DNA of 64,000 nucleotides from Escherichia coli (GTDB lineage Bacteria; Pseudomonadota; Gammaproteobacteria; Enterobacterales; Enterobacteriaceae): NCBI RefSeq assembly GCF_036507355.1, contig NZ_AP027877.1; one strand, 5' to 3'. Shown piece by piece: positions 52,364 to 64,000 of this stretch (position 1 is its first letter; each line of letters starts with the position of its first letter). The notes under the pieces were generated by a model. It saw only the letters and a program-made list of their open reading frames with translations, ran no database searches and was not told where the DNA came from. The position numbers and the translations under genes were made by a program.

Positions 52364-53414
52364 ATTTTCCCTTTGCTTGGATTTGAGTTACCTATTTTGG
52401 GGTAGTCATTATAAAACTATTAATTAGTAAAACGAACAAGTTTTCATTTGTTTAGCAATGGTATTGTTTAGGTTTGAAATTATTACGTATTTTCATAGCA
52501 ATAGATTGGATAAACAGCAGTTCAGGGAACAAGTTGCACTATCTACATACTTTTCCGCTTTCCATTGCATGTTAGGTAATAGATAGCCTTTGCCCGTAAG
52601 ACTAAAAATATTAGAAATGACTCATTCGAATACCTTCTATTCACCTTAATATAGGTTTGATTATTGTAATCGTTTAATGTGTCTTATGGATTTTTTCCTA
52701 CTTTTCATTTGCATAATATAGGGGGCACAGCATGCTCTTGAAATTAATTATTAAAATATTTAAATTTTACAGCACACAACTACTTTTCGTTGTCTTATGT
52801 GTTGAACGTACTTCGAGTATAGGTAGGGTTGTATATATATTGCGTGGGTAGAGTTAGAATAGAGGAAGCATCATTTATAGAATATTCAAGAACGTTAGCC
52901 TGTGATCAATAAATAAAAATATCAAATGGTGTTCAAACATATTTTTCTATGAAAAATCCAGCCATCTATGATGAATTTTTAGATCCATTTTAATTAAAGT
53001 ATGATTATGAACCAAGATTTAGCCAAGAATGGTGGTATAGCGCGTATCCAATGACACCGGAAAACGCATCTATGAAGTCCTTATTTATCTCTATAAGAGG
53101 AAATCAACACTAATAAAATGTAGTGATGTAACATATCGAGCAGGTTGCTCTGATGCTGGTCTTCAACTGTGGCTTAAACAGCTATCAAACTTCGGTGTTA
53201 TTGAGATGAAAGAATTATCATTCTCAACTATCAATCTCAAAAAGCTAGAGAAAATAGACCTTAATTATTCCACTCTCTAAATTTATCTATTTATTTAAAG
53301 TAAAAATGAAAATATTATGGTATCAGCCACGTGGTGGTAACTGGTTTTTATGATCATAGGTACATATACAGGGAACCCTGGAAAACGAAAGTAATATATT
53401 GATGATTTCGTTTG

Positions 53415-53654
53415 TTATAACTTCGTGGTATCAAGTCCGGCGGCTTTGAGTCGCTCGGTAAGATTTCTCATTTTGCTGAACTCTGTAGCAAAGCTGGCTT
53501 TAAGTCCTACACCTTCGCAAAACTCTTTTGCCGTGACGTTTTTCAGATGGTCAGCGTATTTGATCATCTGGAGGTGCATTTCCATCGTTTGGCTATTTCG
53601 TGGTGCGCTGCTAATGGCTTGCTTAATGTTCTCGTAGATCTGGGTTTCTGTCAT
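53415..53654 (-). CDS. hypothetical protein
   Basis: ORF of about 80 aa (MTETQIYENIKQAISS...); no recognised family; low GC. Confidence 0.35.
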   Translation of the reverse strand: MTETQIYENIKQAISSAPRNSQTMEMHLQMIKYADHLKNVTAKEFCEGVGLKASFATEFSKMRNLTERLKAAGLDTTKL

Positions 53655-53866
53655 TTTTATCTCACCTATCAAATTTAGATAAATAATATAAATTAGCTAA
53701 TTAAGATAGTCTACAGTTTTTACCACCTGAATGATGGGTGTGAATTGTTTCTTTTTCATTACTGATATGGGGTACACAGTGAAGACGTAATGAATGGATG
53801 CGAGCTTGCATCTGCAAGTCACTTCCCCTAATCTGGCACAAAATATAGAGATTCAACCAAACGACT

Positions 53867-53980
53867 CGGGGTGCCCTTCTGCGTGAAGGCTGAGAAATAC
53901 CCGTATCACCTGATCTGGATAATGCCAGCGTAGGGAAGTCACGGACCACCAGGTCATTGCTTCTTCACGTTATGGCAGGA
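53867..53980 (+). promoter_or_regulatory. TPP (thi-box) riboswitch in the thiM leader
   Basis: Conserved CUGAGA motif and ACCUGAUCUGGAUAAUGCCAGCGUAGGGAA immediately upstream of the thiM RBS. Confidence 0.8.
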
Positions 53981-53987
53981 GCAAACT

Positions 53988-54776
53988 ATGCAAGTCGACC
54001 TGCTGAGTTCCGTGCAATCTGCGCACACGTTACACCTTTTTCACCAACATTCCCCTCTTGTGCATTGCATGACCAACGATGTGGTGCAAACCTTTACTGC
54101 CAATACCTTGCTGGCGATCGGTGCATCGCCAGCGATGGTTATCGAAACCGAAGAGGCCAGTCAGTTTGCGGCTATCGCCAGTGCCTTGTTGATTAACGTT
54201 GGCACACTGACGCAGCCACGCGCACAGGCGATGCGTGCTGCCGTTGAGCAAGCAAAAAGCTCTCAAACACCCTGGACGCTTGATCCAGTAGCGGTTGGTG
54301 CGCTCGATTATCGCCGCCATTTTTGTCATGAACTTTTATCTTTTAAACCGGCAGCGATACGTGGTAATGCTTCGGAAATCATGGCATTAGCTGGCGTTGC
54401 TAATGGTGGACGGGGAGTGGATACCACTGACGCCGCAGCTAACGCGATACCCGCTGCACAAACACTGGCACGGGAAACTGGCGCAATCGTCGTGGTCACT
54501 GGCGAGGTGGATTATGTTACCGATGGCCATCGCGCCGTTGGCATTCACGGTGGCGATCCGTTAATGACCAAAGTGGTAGGAACTGGCTGTGCATTATCGG
54601 CGGTTGTCGCTGCCTGCTGTGCGTTACCAGGCGATACGCTGGAAAATGTCGCATCTGCCTGTCACTGGATGAAACAAGCCGGAGAGCGCGCAGTCGCCAG
54701 AAGCGAGGGGCCAGGCAGTTTTGTTCCACATTTCCTTGATGCGCTCTGGCAATTGACGCAGGAGGTGCAGGCATGA
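53988..54776 (+). CDS. thiM: hydroxyethylthiazole kinase
   Basis: 262 aa, [20 protein letters not shown]...; follows the TPP riboswitch. Confidence 0.9.
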   Translation: MQVDLLSSVQSAHTLHLFHQHSPLVHCMTNDVVQTFTANTLLAIGASPAMVIETEEASQFAAIASALLINVGTLTQPRAQAMRAAVEQAKSSQTPWTLDPVAVGALDYRRHFCHELLSFKPAAIRGNASEIMALAGVANGGRGVDTTDAAANAIPAAQTLARETGAIVVVTGEVDYVTDGHRAVGIHGGDPLMTKVVGTGCALSAVVAACCALPGDTLENVASACHWMKQAGERAVARSEGPGSFVPHFLDALWQLTQEVQA

Positions 54777-55573
54777 AACGAATTAACGCTCTGACGATTG
54801 CCGGTACTGATCCGAGTGGTGGTGCGGGGATTCAGGCCGATCTTAAAACCTTCTCGGCACTTGGCGCTTATGGTTGCTCAGTTATTACTGCACTGGTGGC
54901 GCAAAATACCCGTGGCGTACAGTCGGTGTATCGCATTGAGCCTGATTTTGTCGCCGCCCAGCTCGATTCGGTGTTCAGCGATGTGCGAATCGATACCACT
55001 AAAATCGGTATGTTGGCGGAAACCGATATTGTTGAAGCGGTGGCAGAACGGTTGCAACGTTATCAGATCCAAAACGTGGTACTCGACACCGTTATGCTGG
55101 CAAAAAGCGGCGACCCACTGCTTTCACCTTCGGCAGTTGCCACGCTACGCAGTCGATTATTGCCACAGGTTTCATTAATAACGCCAAACTTGCCCGAAGC
55201 AGCCGCCTTACTCGACGCGCCACACGCGCGCACCGAACAGGAAATGCTGGAACAAGGGCGATCGCTGTTGGCGATGGGCTGTGGCGCAGTGCTAATGAAA
55301 GGTGGTCATCTGGATGATGAGCAAAGCCCGGACTGGCTGTTTACCCGCGAGGGTGAACAACGGTTTACCGCACCGCGCATTATGACCAAAAACACCCACG
55401 GCACTGGTTGTACACTCTCTGCGGCGTTGGCTGCACTACGCCCGCGCCATACAAACTGGGCTGACACCGTACAGGAGGCAAAAAGCTGGCTTTCATCGGC
55501 GTTAGCCCAGGCCGACACGCTGGAAGTTGGTCACGGTATTGGTCCGGTTCACCACTTCCACGCCTGGTGGTGA
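54773..55573 (+). CDS. thiD: hydroxymethylpyrimidine/phosphomethylpyrimidine kinase
   Basis: 266 aa, [27 protein letters not shown]; start overlaps the thiM stop. Confidence 0.9.
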   Translation: MKRINALTIAGTDPSGGAGIQADLKTFSALGAYGCSVITALVAQNTRGVQSVYRIEPDFVAAQLDSVFSDVRIDTTKIGMLAETDIVEAVAERLQRYQIQNVVLDTVMLAKSGDPLLSPSAVATLRSRLLPQVSLITPNLPEAAALLDAPHARTEQEMLEQGRSLLAMGCGAVLMKGGHLDDEQSPDWLFTREGEQRFTAPRIMTKNTHGTGCTLSAALAALRPRHTNWADTVQEAKSWLSSALAQADTLEVGHGIGPVHHFHAWW

Positions 55574-55637
55574 GCACCGTACTATAGCTGCTTTGGTTAT
55601 TGTCAGCCTTTGGCACTGACATTCAGGGATGAAACCA

Positions 55638-56456
55638 ATGCAGCTAAGAATTACCAGTCGAAAAAAACTCACCGCTCTATTATGCGCTCTTGGGCTAATT
55701 TCCATCGTTGCAATTTATCCGCGTCAGACGGTGAATTTTTTCTATTCGACAGCAGTTCAGATTACAGACTACATCCACTTCTACGGTTATCGCCCGGTTA
55801 AATCTTTCGCTATTCGTATTCCTGCCAGTTACACCATTCACGGAATAGATGTTTCGCGCTGGCAGGAGCGGATCGACTGGCAGCGGGTGGCAAAAATGCG
55901 CGATAACGGTATCCGCTTACAATTTGCCTTTATCAAGGCGACGGAAGGCGAAAAGCTGGTGGACCCCTATTTTTCGCGTAACTGGCAACTAAGCCGCGAA
56001 AATGGCCTGCTGCGCGGGGCGTATCATTATTTCTCCCCGTCGGTAGCAGCGCCTGTTCAGGCGCGATTATTTCTGCAAACGGTGGATTTCTCACAAGGCG
56101 ATTTCCCTGCCGTGCTGGACGTAGAAGAACGGGGAAAATTATCGGCAAAAGAATTACGCAAGCGGGTAAGTCAGTGGCTAAAAATGGTCGAAAAAAGTAC
56201 GGGAAAAAAGCCGATTATTTACTCAGGAGCCGTTTTTTATCACACCAATCTGGCGGGCTATTTCAATGAATATCCGTGGTGGGTGGCTCACTACTATCAA
56301 CGTCGTCCGGACAATGACGGCATGGCCTGGCGCTTCTGGCAGCATTCCGACCGTGGACAGGTAGATGGCATCAATGGTCCGGTGGATTTTAATGTGTTTA
56401 ATGGCACGGTGGAGGAGTTGCAGGCATTCGTTGATGGGATTAAAGAAACGCCTTAA
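55638..56456 (+). CDS. yegX: glycoside hydrolase family 25 (lysozyme-like) protein
   Basis: 272 aa, MQLRITSRKKLTALLCALGL..., GH25-like sequence. Confidence 0.8.
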   Translation: MQLRITSRKKLTALLCALGLISIVAIYPRQTVNFFYSTAVQITDYIHFYGYRPVKSFAIRIPASYTIHGIDVSRWQERIDWQRVAKMRDNGIRLQFAFIKATEGEKLVDPYFSRNWQLSRENGLLRGAYHYFSPSVAAPVQARLFLQTVDFSQGDFPAVLDVEERGKLSAKELRKRVSQWLKMVEKSTGKKPIIYSGAVFYHTNLAGYFNEYPWWVAHYYQRRPDNDGMAWRFWQHSDRGQVDGINGPVDFNVFNGTVEELQAFVDGIKETP

Positions 56457-56507
56457 ATAAGAAGCAGTGATATACTCCCACCAGACTCCCTGGCAGGAAA
56501 AAGACAA

Positions 56508-57254
56508 ATGGAACAAGCGCATACCCAGCTGATTGCCCAACTGAACGAGCGTATTTTAGCGGCGGATAACACGCCGCTTTATATTAAGTTTGCCGAAACG
56601 GTAAAAAATGCCGTGCGCAGCGGGGTGCTGGAGCATGGCAATATTTTGCCCGGTGAGCGTGATTTAAGTCAGTTAACCGGCGTTTCACGCATTACGGTGC
56701 GCAAGGCGATGCAGGCGCTGGAAGAAGAGGGTGTGGTGACGCGTTCGCGCGGTTACGGCACGCAGATCAACAACATCTTCGAATACTCGTTGAAAGAAGC
56801 GCGAGGTTTTTCTCAGCAGGTGGTATTGCGCGGGAAAAAGCCCGATACGCTATGGGTTAACAAGCGTGTCGTGAAATGTCCCGAAGAAGTCGCGCAGCAG
56901 CTGGCGGTCGAAGCGGGAAGTGATGTCTTTTTGCTTAAGCGTATTCGCTATGTCGATGAAGAAGCGGTATCGATTGAGGAATCGTGGGTTCCTGCGCATT
57001 TAATTCATGATGTTGATGCCATCGGAATTTCTCTTTATGACTATTTCCGCAGCCAGCACATTTACCCACAACGTACACGTTCCCGCGTTAGCGCCCGGAT
57101 GCCAGATGCCGAGTTTCAGTCACATATTCAGTTAGATAGCAAAATACCGGTGCTGGTGATCAAGCAAGTGGCGCTTGACCAACAGCAACGGCCTATTGAA
57201 TACAGCATTAGCCACTGTCGCAGCGATCTATACGTTTTTGTGTGCGAGGAGTAG
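56508..57254 (+). CDS. yegW: GntR-family transcriptional regulator
   Basis: 248 aa with N-terminal GntR HTH and UTRA-like C-terminus; 3' end overlaps convergent yegV by 27 nt. Confidence 0.8.
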   Translation: MEQAHTQLIAQLNERILAADNTPLYIKFAETVKNAVRSGVLEHGNILPGERDLSQLTGVSRITVRKAMQALEEEGVVTRSRGYGTQINNIFEYSLKEARGFSQQVVLRGKKPDTLWVNKRVVKCPEEVAQQLAVEAGSDVFLLKRIRYVDEEAVSIEESWVPAHLIHDVDAIGISLYDYFRSQHIYPQRTRSRVSARMPDAEFQSHIQLDSKIPVLVIKQVALDQQQRPIEYSISHCRSDLYVFVCEE

Positions 57255-58193
57255 TTCCTCGCGCGTTGGCGCACAATCACCGCCCCGATGCCCGACAACC
57301 CACGACGCCACTGCATTGCCCAGTAATACGGCATCCGCCAGTGGCAGACCAGAGGCCAGCCCGGCAAGTACGCCACCGGCATGACTGTCGCCCGCCCCAA
57401 TGGTGTCGACAACTTGCGTTGGAAATGCCGGAATGCAGCCAGAAGCGTCGTTGCTGAAATACCATGCGCCTTCTTTATCGAGACGAACGATCACCGGCGC
57501 GGCAAATTTCTCCTGCCATTGTTTGCCAAGTGTTGTTATCTCTGCGGATAAAGCAAAACGTTCGGCGGCAATCTCAGCCTCTTGACGATTGAGCGACACT
57601 AAAGGGCGACAGGCCATGATCCGCGCCAGTAATGCATCCGGGATATCGCCAATACGTGGGCCAAAATCGATAAACGGCGTCACGTCTTGCAGCTCTTCCA
57701 GCCATTCCACTAATAATTCGCCGCAGGGCGAGGCCAGTTGATAACCGGAAAAATAGAGCAGGCTGCCAGGCGCAACGGTTAATCGCGCCAGCCACTGGCG
57801 ATTCCACTGATTTTCCACACCGCTGAATGACATAAAAGTGCGTTCGCCATCCGGCTCAACCAGCGCCAGACACCAGCCGTTATCACCTTCGGCGTTATCG
57901 ATCAGGCTGATTAACCCCTCTTTCGCCATCCGGTTGCGAATAATCTCCGCCCACACGCCCTGACCGAGCGGCAAGGCATTACCCGCTTCGATGCCGAGGC
58001 GCTTTAACGCCACGGCAATATTCAGTGCGCAGCCGCCAACGTTAACGCTCTGCTGTTTCAGTTCGATATCGCACCCACGCCAGGGGAGGGCATAAGCGTC
58101 GGCGATCACGTCAATGACCGCCGCGCCGACGACCATCACCGACTGACGCGTGGTTAATTCAGGCAGCAGCGTGTGTAATCGAGCGCCGCTCAT
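57228..58193 (-). CDS. yegV: PfkB-family sugar/nucleoside kinase
   Basis: 321 aa, ribokinase-like motifs (GAGDSHAGG). Confidence 0.8.
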   Translation of the reverse strand: MSGARLHTLLPELTTRQSVMVVGAAVIDVIADAYALPWRGCDIELKQQSVNVGGCALNIAVALKRLGIEAGNALPLGQGVWAEIIRNRMAKEGLISLIDNAEGDNGWCLALVEPDGERTFMSFSGVENQWNRQWLARLTVAPGSLLYFSGYQLASPCGELLVEWLEELQDVTPFIDFGPRIGDIPDALLARIMACRPLVSLNRQEAEIAAERFALSAEITTLGKQWQEKFAAPVIVRLDKEGAWYFSNDASGCIPAFPTQVVDTIGAGDSHAGGVLAGLASGLPLADAVLLGNAVASWVVGHRGGDCAPTREELLLAHKNV

Positions 58194-59194
58194 ACCGCCT
58201 CCCGTTGTTGACGATATTTCGCCAGCGCTGTGGCATAGCGGTTGAAATCAAGCTGATTTACCGCATCCAGCTCCGCCTTTAACGCAGGATCGATAGCGTT
58301 AATGCCATGCAACGCGCCGCAGATTGCCGTCGCCATAGCACCGATGGTGTCTGTATCGCCGCCAAGGTTAGCGCAGAGGACGGCGCAACGGTTCGGGTCG
58401 GTTTGTGCCAGTTCAACCAGCGCAATGGCGCACGGAACGGACTCAATAGTGCTGGTACCTGCGCCAACGACCTGGTAAAGCTGTTCGCTGGCGGATTCGG
58501 TGCCGTCGGCATTGCGCACAATTTTCAGCGCAATCTCCAGCCGTGCCGCCAGTGAGGCGCTGAAGGTAGTGATGCGTTTTTGCTGGGCATGTCGGGCAAT
58601 TGAAGGCAGTGAATCAACAATCGCTGACCAGCTTTCTCCGTCAATGGCACGAGAAATCGCCCATGCGATGACTACCGCACCTGCAACTGCCAGATCGGAT
58701 TTATGGGTCGGGCTCGACGCCAGCGCCACATCATCAATAAAGGAATCAACATCACGCGCCGGAAGCAAACAACCTAATGGCGAGACGCGCATCGCTGCGC
58801 CGTTGGTCACGCCGTTGTTTTCCAGTTCAGCAACGGGTTTACCGTCGCGAATGGCGTTAAGCGCAATCTTCGAGGTCGGACCTAGTACGTTTTTATTAAA
58901 GGCGTCGAAACGCAGCGCCCAGTCGAGAATATTACGCCCAATCAGATCCGGATCGATCTTGCCTTTACGTTCCAGCAACGCATCCGCCAGACACAGCGCC
59001 ATCGAGGTATCGTCGGTGAATTCGGCGCGGTTAAAATAACAGGCCGCGTTATTCTCCTTTGGTCCAGGCAGAAAACGGTCAATCCAGCCAAAGTGTGCTT
59101 TAACGCGGCTGCGTGGCCAAAGCTCGGAGGGCATCCCCATCGCATCCCCTAACGCCTGCCCATAAAGAGCACCGAGAATACGTTCTGTTTTCAT
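58190..59194 (-). CDS. yegU: ADP-ribosylglycohydrolase-family protein
   Basis: 334 aa; start overlaps the yegT stop. Confidence 0.8.
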   Translation of the reverse strand: MKTERILGALYGQALGDAMGMPSELWPRSRVKAHFGWIDRFLPGPKENNAACYFNRAEFTDDTSMALCLADALLERKGKIDPDLIGRNILDWALRFDAFNKNVLGPTSKIALNAIRDGKPVAELENNGVTNGAAMRVSPLGCLLPARDVDSFIDDVALASSPTHKSDLAVAGAVVIAWAISRAIDGESWSAIVDSLPSIARHAQQKRITTFSASLAARLEIALKIVRNADGTESASEQLYQVVGAGTSTIESVPCAIALVELAQTDPNRCAVLCANLGGDTDTIGAMATAICGALHGINAIDPALKAELDAVNQLDFNRYATALAKYRQQREAV

Positions 59195-60468
59195 TTAACT
59201 TCCCCTTGTGTCAACGCAATATCGCGATCATCGACCTTGATAGCCGTAATTTCGTTGTCGGATTCGCGGAAAAAGATCATGAACAGCACGGCGATAATGG
59301 CAATCATCACCGCGCCAAAAGTCCACATCCCGGACCAGTTGAAAGTCAGTCCGTTTACCGGTTCCTGATAAGCGAACATCTTTTCCATCATCACACCGCC
59401 AAGACGATAGCCGAGCAAACTGCCGAAGCCCTGGCAGCAGAGCGTGATCAGCCCCTGCGCAGCGGTACGCATATGCACGGGGGCTTTTTTATCGACATAG
59501 ATGTAAGCGGTAACGTAGTAAAAATCGTAACTTACGCCGTGAAGCAAAATACCGAGGAACAGTAACGCGTAGGTGAAATATTCATCCGCACTACCGTAAA
59601 TAAAGAAGCCATAGCGGATCGCAGCGGTGACCAGACCAAGCAATAATACCTTTTTGATACCAAAGCGTTTAGTGAAAAACGGTAATGCCAGCATAAAGAA
59701 TATTTCAGAGAACTGGCCGAGCGTCATCCAGCCGGTGGCGTTGTTCATGCCAACTTCGGTCAGATAACCGTTGGCAAAGATGTAATAGAACGCCAGTGGC
59801 ATCGCAAACAGGAATGAACAGAAGAAAAAGACGAGGAAGTTTTTATCGCGCAGTAGGATCAGCGCATCCAGGCCGAGCATGACTTTAATGTCCATTTTGC
59901 CGGTGCTTTTTGGCGGCGTGTCGGGCAGTAAAAACGCAAACACACCGAGCAGAGCAGAACTTCCGGCGGTAATCAGCAGCGGGATGTTAGTCGGTGAGAT
60001 ATCGGCATACCCCAGCATTTGCGGCAAGAAACCACATGCCAGACCAGAGGCAATCCAGCCGATAGTGCCCATCACACGAATGCGCGGGAAATCACGCTCC
60101 ACATCCGGCACGTTGGCAAAAGCGATACTGTTAGTCAGCGCAATGGTCGGCATATAGGTTAGCGAGTAGGCCAGCAGTAACGGGAAGAACCCGGCAAAAG
60201 TGGTCTGTTGCGCAGCGAAATACATCAGCAGCGCGCCTGCGAACATCAATACCGCCAGCACTTTTTGCGCCGAGAAAAAGCGGTCAGTGATGGAGCCAAC
60301 CAGAATTGGCGACAGGATCGCCGCAATGGCTGTGCAGGCATACGACCAGCCAATTTCTCCGGCACTAAAACCGCTTTTACTTAACCACAACCACAATGGC
60401 ACAAACCACGCGCCCCAGATAAACCATTCAACAAACATCATGAACGACAGCTTTGCTGTTGTTTTCAT
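59191..60468 (-). CDS. yegT: MFS nucleoside:H+ symporter-family transporter
   Basis: 425 aa polytopic membrane protein. Confidence 0.8.
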   Translation of the reverse strand: MKTTAKLSFMMFVEWFIWGAWFVPLWLWLSKSGFSAGEIGWSYACTAIAAILSPILVGSITDRFFSAQKVLAVLMFAGALLMYFAAQQTTFAGFFPLLLAYSLTYMPTIALTNSIAFANVPDVERDFPRIRVMGTIGWIASGLACGFLPQMLGYADISPTNIPLLITAGSSALLGVFAFLLPDTPPKSTGKMDIKVMLGLDALILLRDKNFLVFFFCSFLFAMPLAFYYIFANGYLTEVGMNNATGWMTLGQFSEIFFMLALPFFTKRFGIKKVLLLGLVTAAIRYGFFIYGSADEYFTYALLFLGILLHGVSYDFYYVTAYIYVDKKAPVHMRTAAQGLITLCCQGFGSLLGYRLGGVMMEKMFAYQEPVNGLTFNWSGMWTFGAVMIAIIAVLFMIFFRESDNEITAIKVDDRDIALTQGEVK

Positions 60469-60724
60469 CTTTTAATTCCTTCATGACAGGTAATGCAAGG
60501 TACGCGATGACAATACCACTTAATAATACCTTTTAAATACCTTTGCGGTGAAAACTTGACCGCGCTAACATTTTTTCTGATGAATCGAGCCAACAGAAAA
60601 CGCTGAAAAAACATCCAAAAGATGGAAAAACTCGCCCGTAACGACCAGGATTATGATTGCCCGCAAAAGGCGGGCCAGGACAATCCATAGCCGATATCCA
60701 ATCGGAATTTACGGGAGCATAGTA

Positions 60725-61777
60725 ATGACAGATATTGCACAGTTGCTTGGCAAAGACGCCGACAACCTTTTACAGCACCGTTGTATGACTATTCCTTCTG
60801 ACCAGCTTTATCTCCCCGGACATGACTACGTAGACCGCGTGATGATTGACAATAATCGCCCGCCAGCGGTGTTACGTAATATGCAGACGTTGTACAACAC
60901 CGGGCGTCTGGCTGGCACAGGATATCTTTCTATTCTGCCGGTTGACCAGGGCGTTGAGCACTCTGCCGGAGCTTCATTTGCTGCTAACCCGCTCTACTTT
61001 GACCCGAAAAACATTGTTGAACTGGCGATCGAAGCGGGCTGTAACTGTGTGGCATCAACTTACGGCGTGCTGGCGTCGGTATCGCGGCGTTATGCGCATC
61101 GCATTCCATTCCTCGTCAAACTTAATCACAACGAGACGCTAAGTTACCCGAACACCTACGATCAAACGCTGTATGCCAGCGTGGAGCAGGCGTTCAACAT
61201 GGGTGCGGTGGCGGTTGGTGCGACTATCTATTTTGGCTCGGAAGAGTCACGTCGCCAGATTGAAGAAATTTCTGCGGCTTTTGAACGTGCGCACGAGCTG
61301 GGCATGGTGACAGTGCTGTGGGCCTATTTGCGTAACTCCGCCTTTAAGAAAGATGGCGTTGATTACCATGTTTCCGCCGACCTGACTGGTCAGGCGAACC
61401 ATCTGGCGGCAACCATAGGTGCAGATATCGTCAAACAAAAAATGGCGGAAAATAACGGCGGCTATAAAGCAATTAATTACGGTTATACCGACGATCGCGT
61501 GTACAGCAAGTTAACCAGCGAAAACCCGATTGATCTGGTGCGTTATCAGTTAGCTAACTGCTATATGGGCCGGGCCGGGTTGATAAACTCCGGTGGTGCT
61601 GCAGGCGGTGAAACTGACCTCAGTGATGCAGTGCGTACTGCGGTTATCAACAAACGCGCTGGCGGAATGGGGCTGATTCTTGGACGTAAGGCGTTCAAGA
61701 AATCGATGGCTGACGGCGTGAAACTGATTAACGCCGTGCAGGACGTTTATCTCGATAGCAAAATTACTATCGCCTGA
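60725..61777 (+). CDS. fbaB: class I fructose-bisphosphate aldolase
   Basis: N-terminus [18 protein letters not shown], 350 aa. Confidence 0.9.
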
Positions 61778-61863
61778 TGTGCTTTGTACGACCAGCACTG
61801 CCACGTATGACGGATAAGGCGTTTACACTGCATCCGGCATAAAATAACGCGCACTTTGCTACG

Positions 61864-61893
61864 GCTTCCCTATCGGGAGGCCGTTTTTTTTGC
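61864..61893 (+). terminator. intrinsic terminator after fbaB
   Basis: Hairpin CGGCTTCCC-TATC-GGGAGGCCG followed by TTTTTTTT; a REP-like palindrome lies just upstream at about 61810-61840. Confidence 0.5.
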
Positions 61894-61953
61894 CTTTCAC
61901 TCCTCTAACAATTTTCATATTGTCGTTTTTGTGATCGTTATCTCGACATTTAA

Positions 61954-64000
<2,047 letters not shown>

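Overview
This window is enterobacterial chromosome (Escherichia/Shigella type), collinear with the E. coli K-12 region around 47-48 min but in reverse orientation. Gene order is: 3-hydroxybenzoate/gentisate genes - dusC - yohP - mdtQ - yohF - yohD - yohC - pbpG - dld - bglX - osmF-yehYXW - yohO - mlrA - btsSR - yehS - yehR - yehQPML - a ZorO/OrzO-like type I toxin-antitoxin locus - yehK - yehI - molR (broken by IS1 and IS600) - metG - apbC - yehEDCBA fimbrial operon - rcnB - IS1 - rcnA - rcnR - an AT-rich islet - TPP riboswitch-thiMD - yegXWVUT - fbaB - gatY (frameshifted) - gatZ (runs off the window end). Gene names rest on N-terminal and motif matches to K-12 proteins as I remember them; no database search was run. 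The most interesting content is (1) the tightly coupled yehLMPQ operon (MoxR-type AAA+ ATPase, large unknown protein, VWA protein, SWIM zinc-finger protein) beside giant DUF4132 paralogues, an architecture typical of NTP-dependent conflict or signalling systems and still functionally uncharacterised; (2) a compact type I toxin-antitoxin locus in the yehL-yehK intergenic region, with a 29-aa hydrophobic toxin, a 175-nt leader and a divergent antisense sRNA; (3) a gentisate-pathway cluster next to dusC that I do not remember in K-12; (4) IS1 and IS600 insertions plus a gatY frameshift, suggesting a genome undergoing IS-driven decay (Shigella-like).
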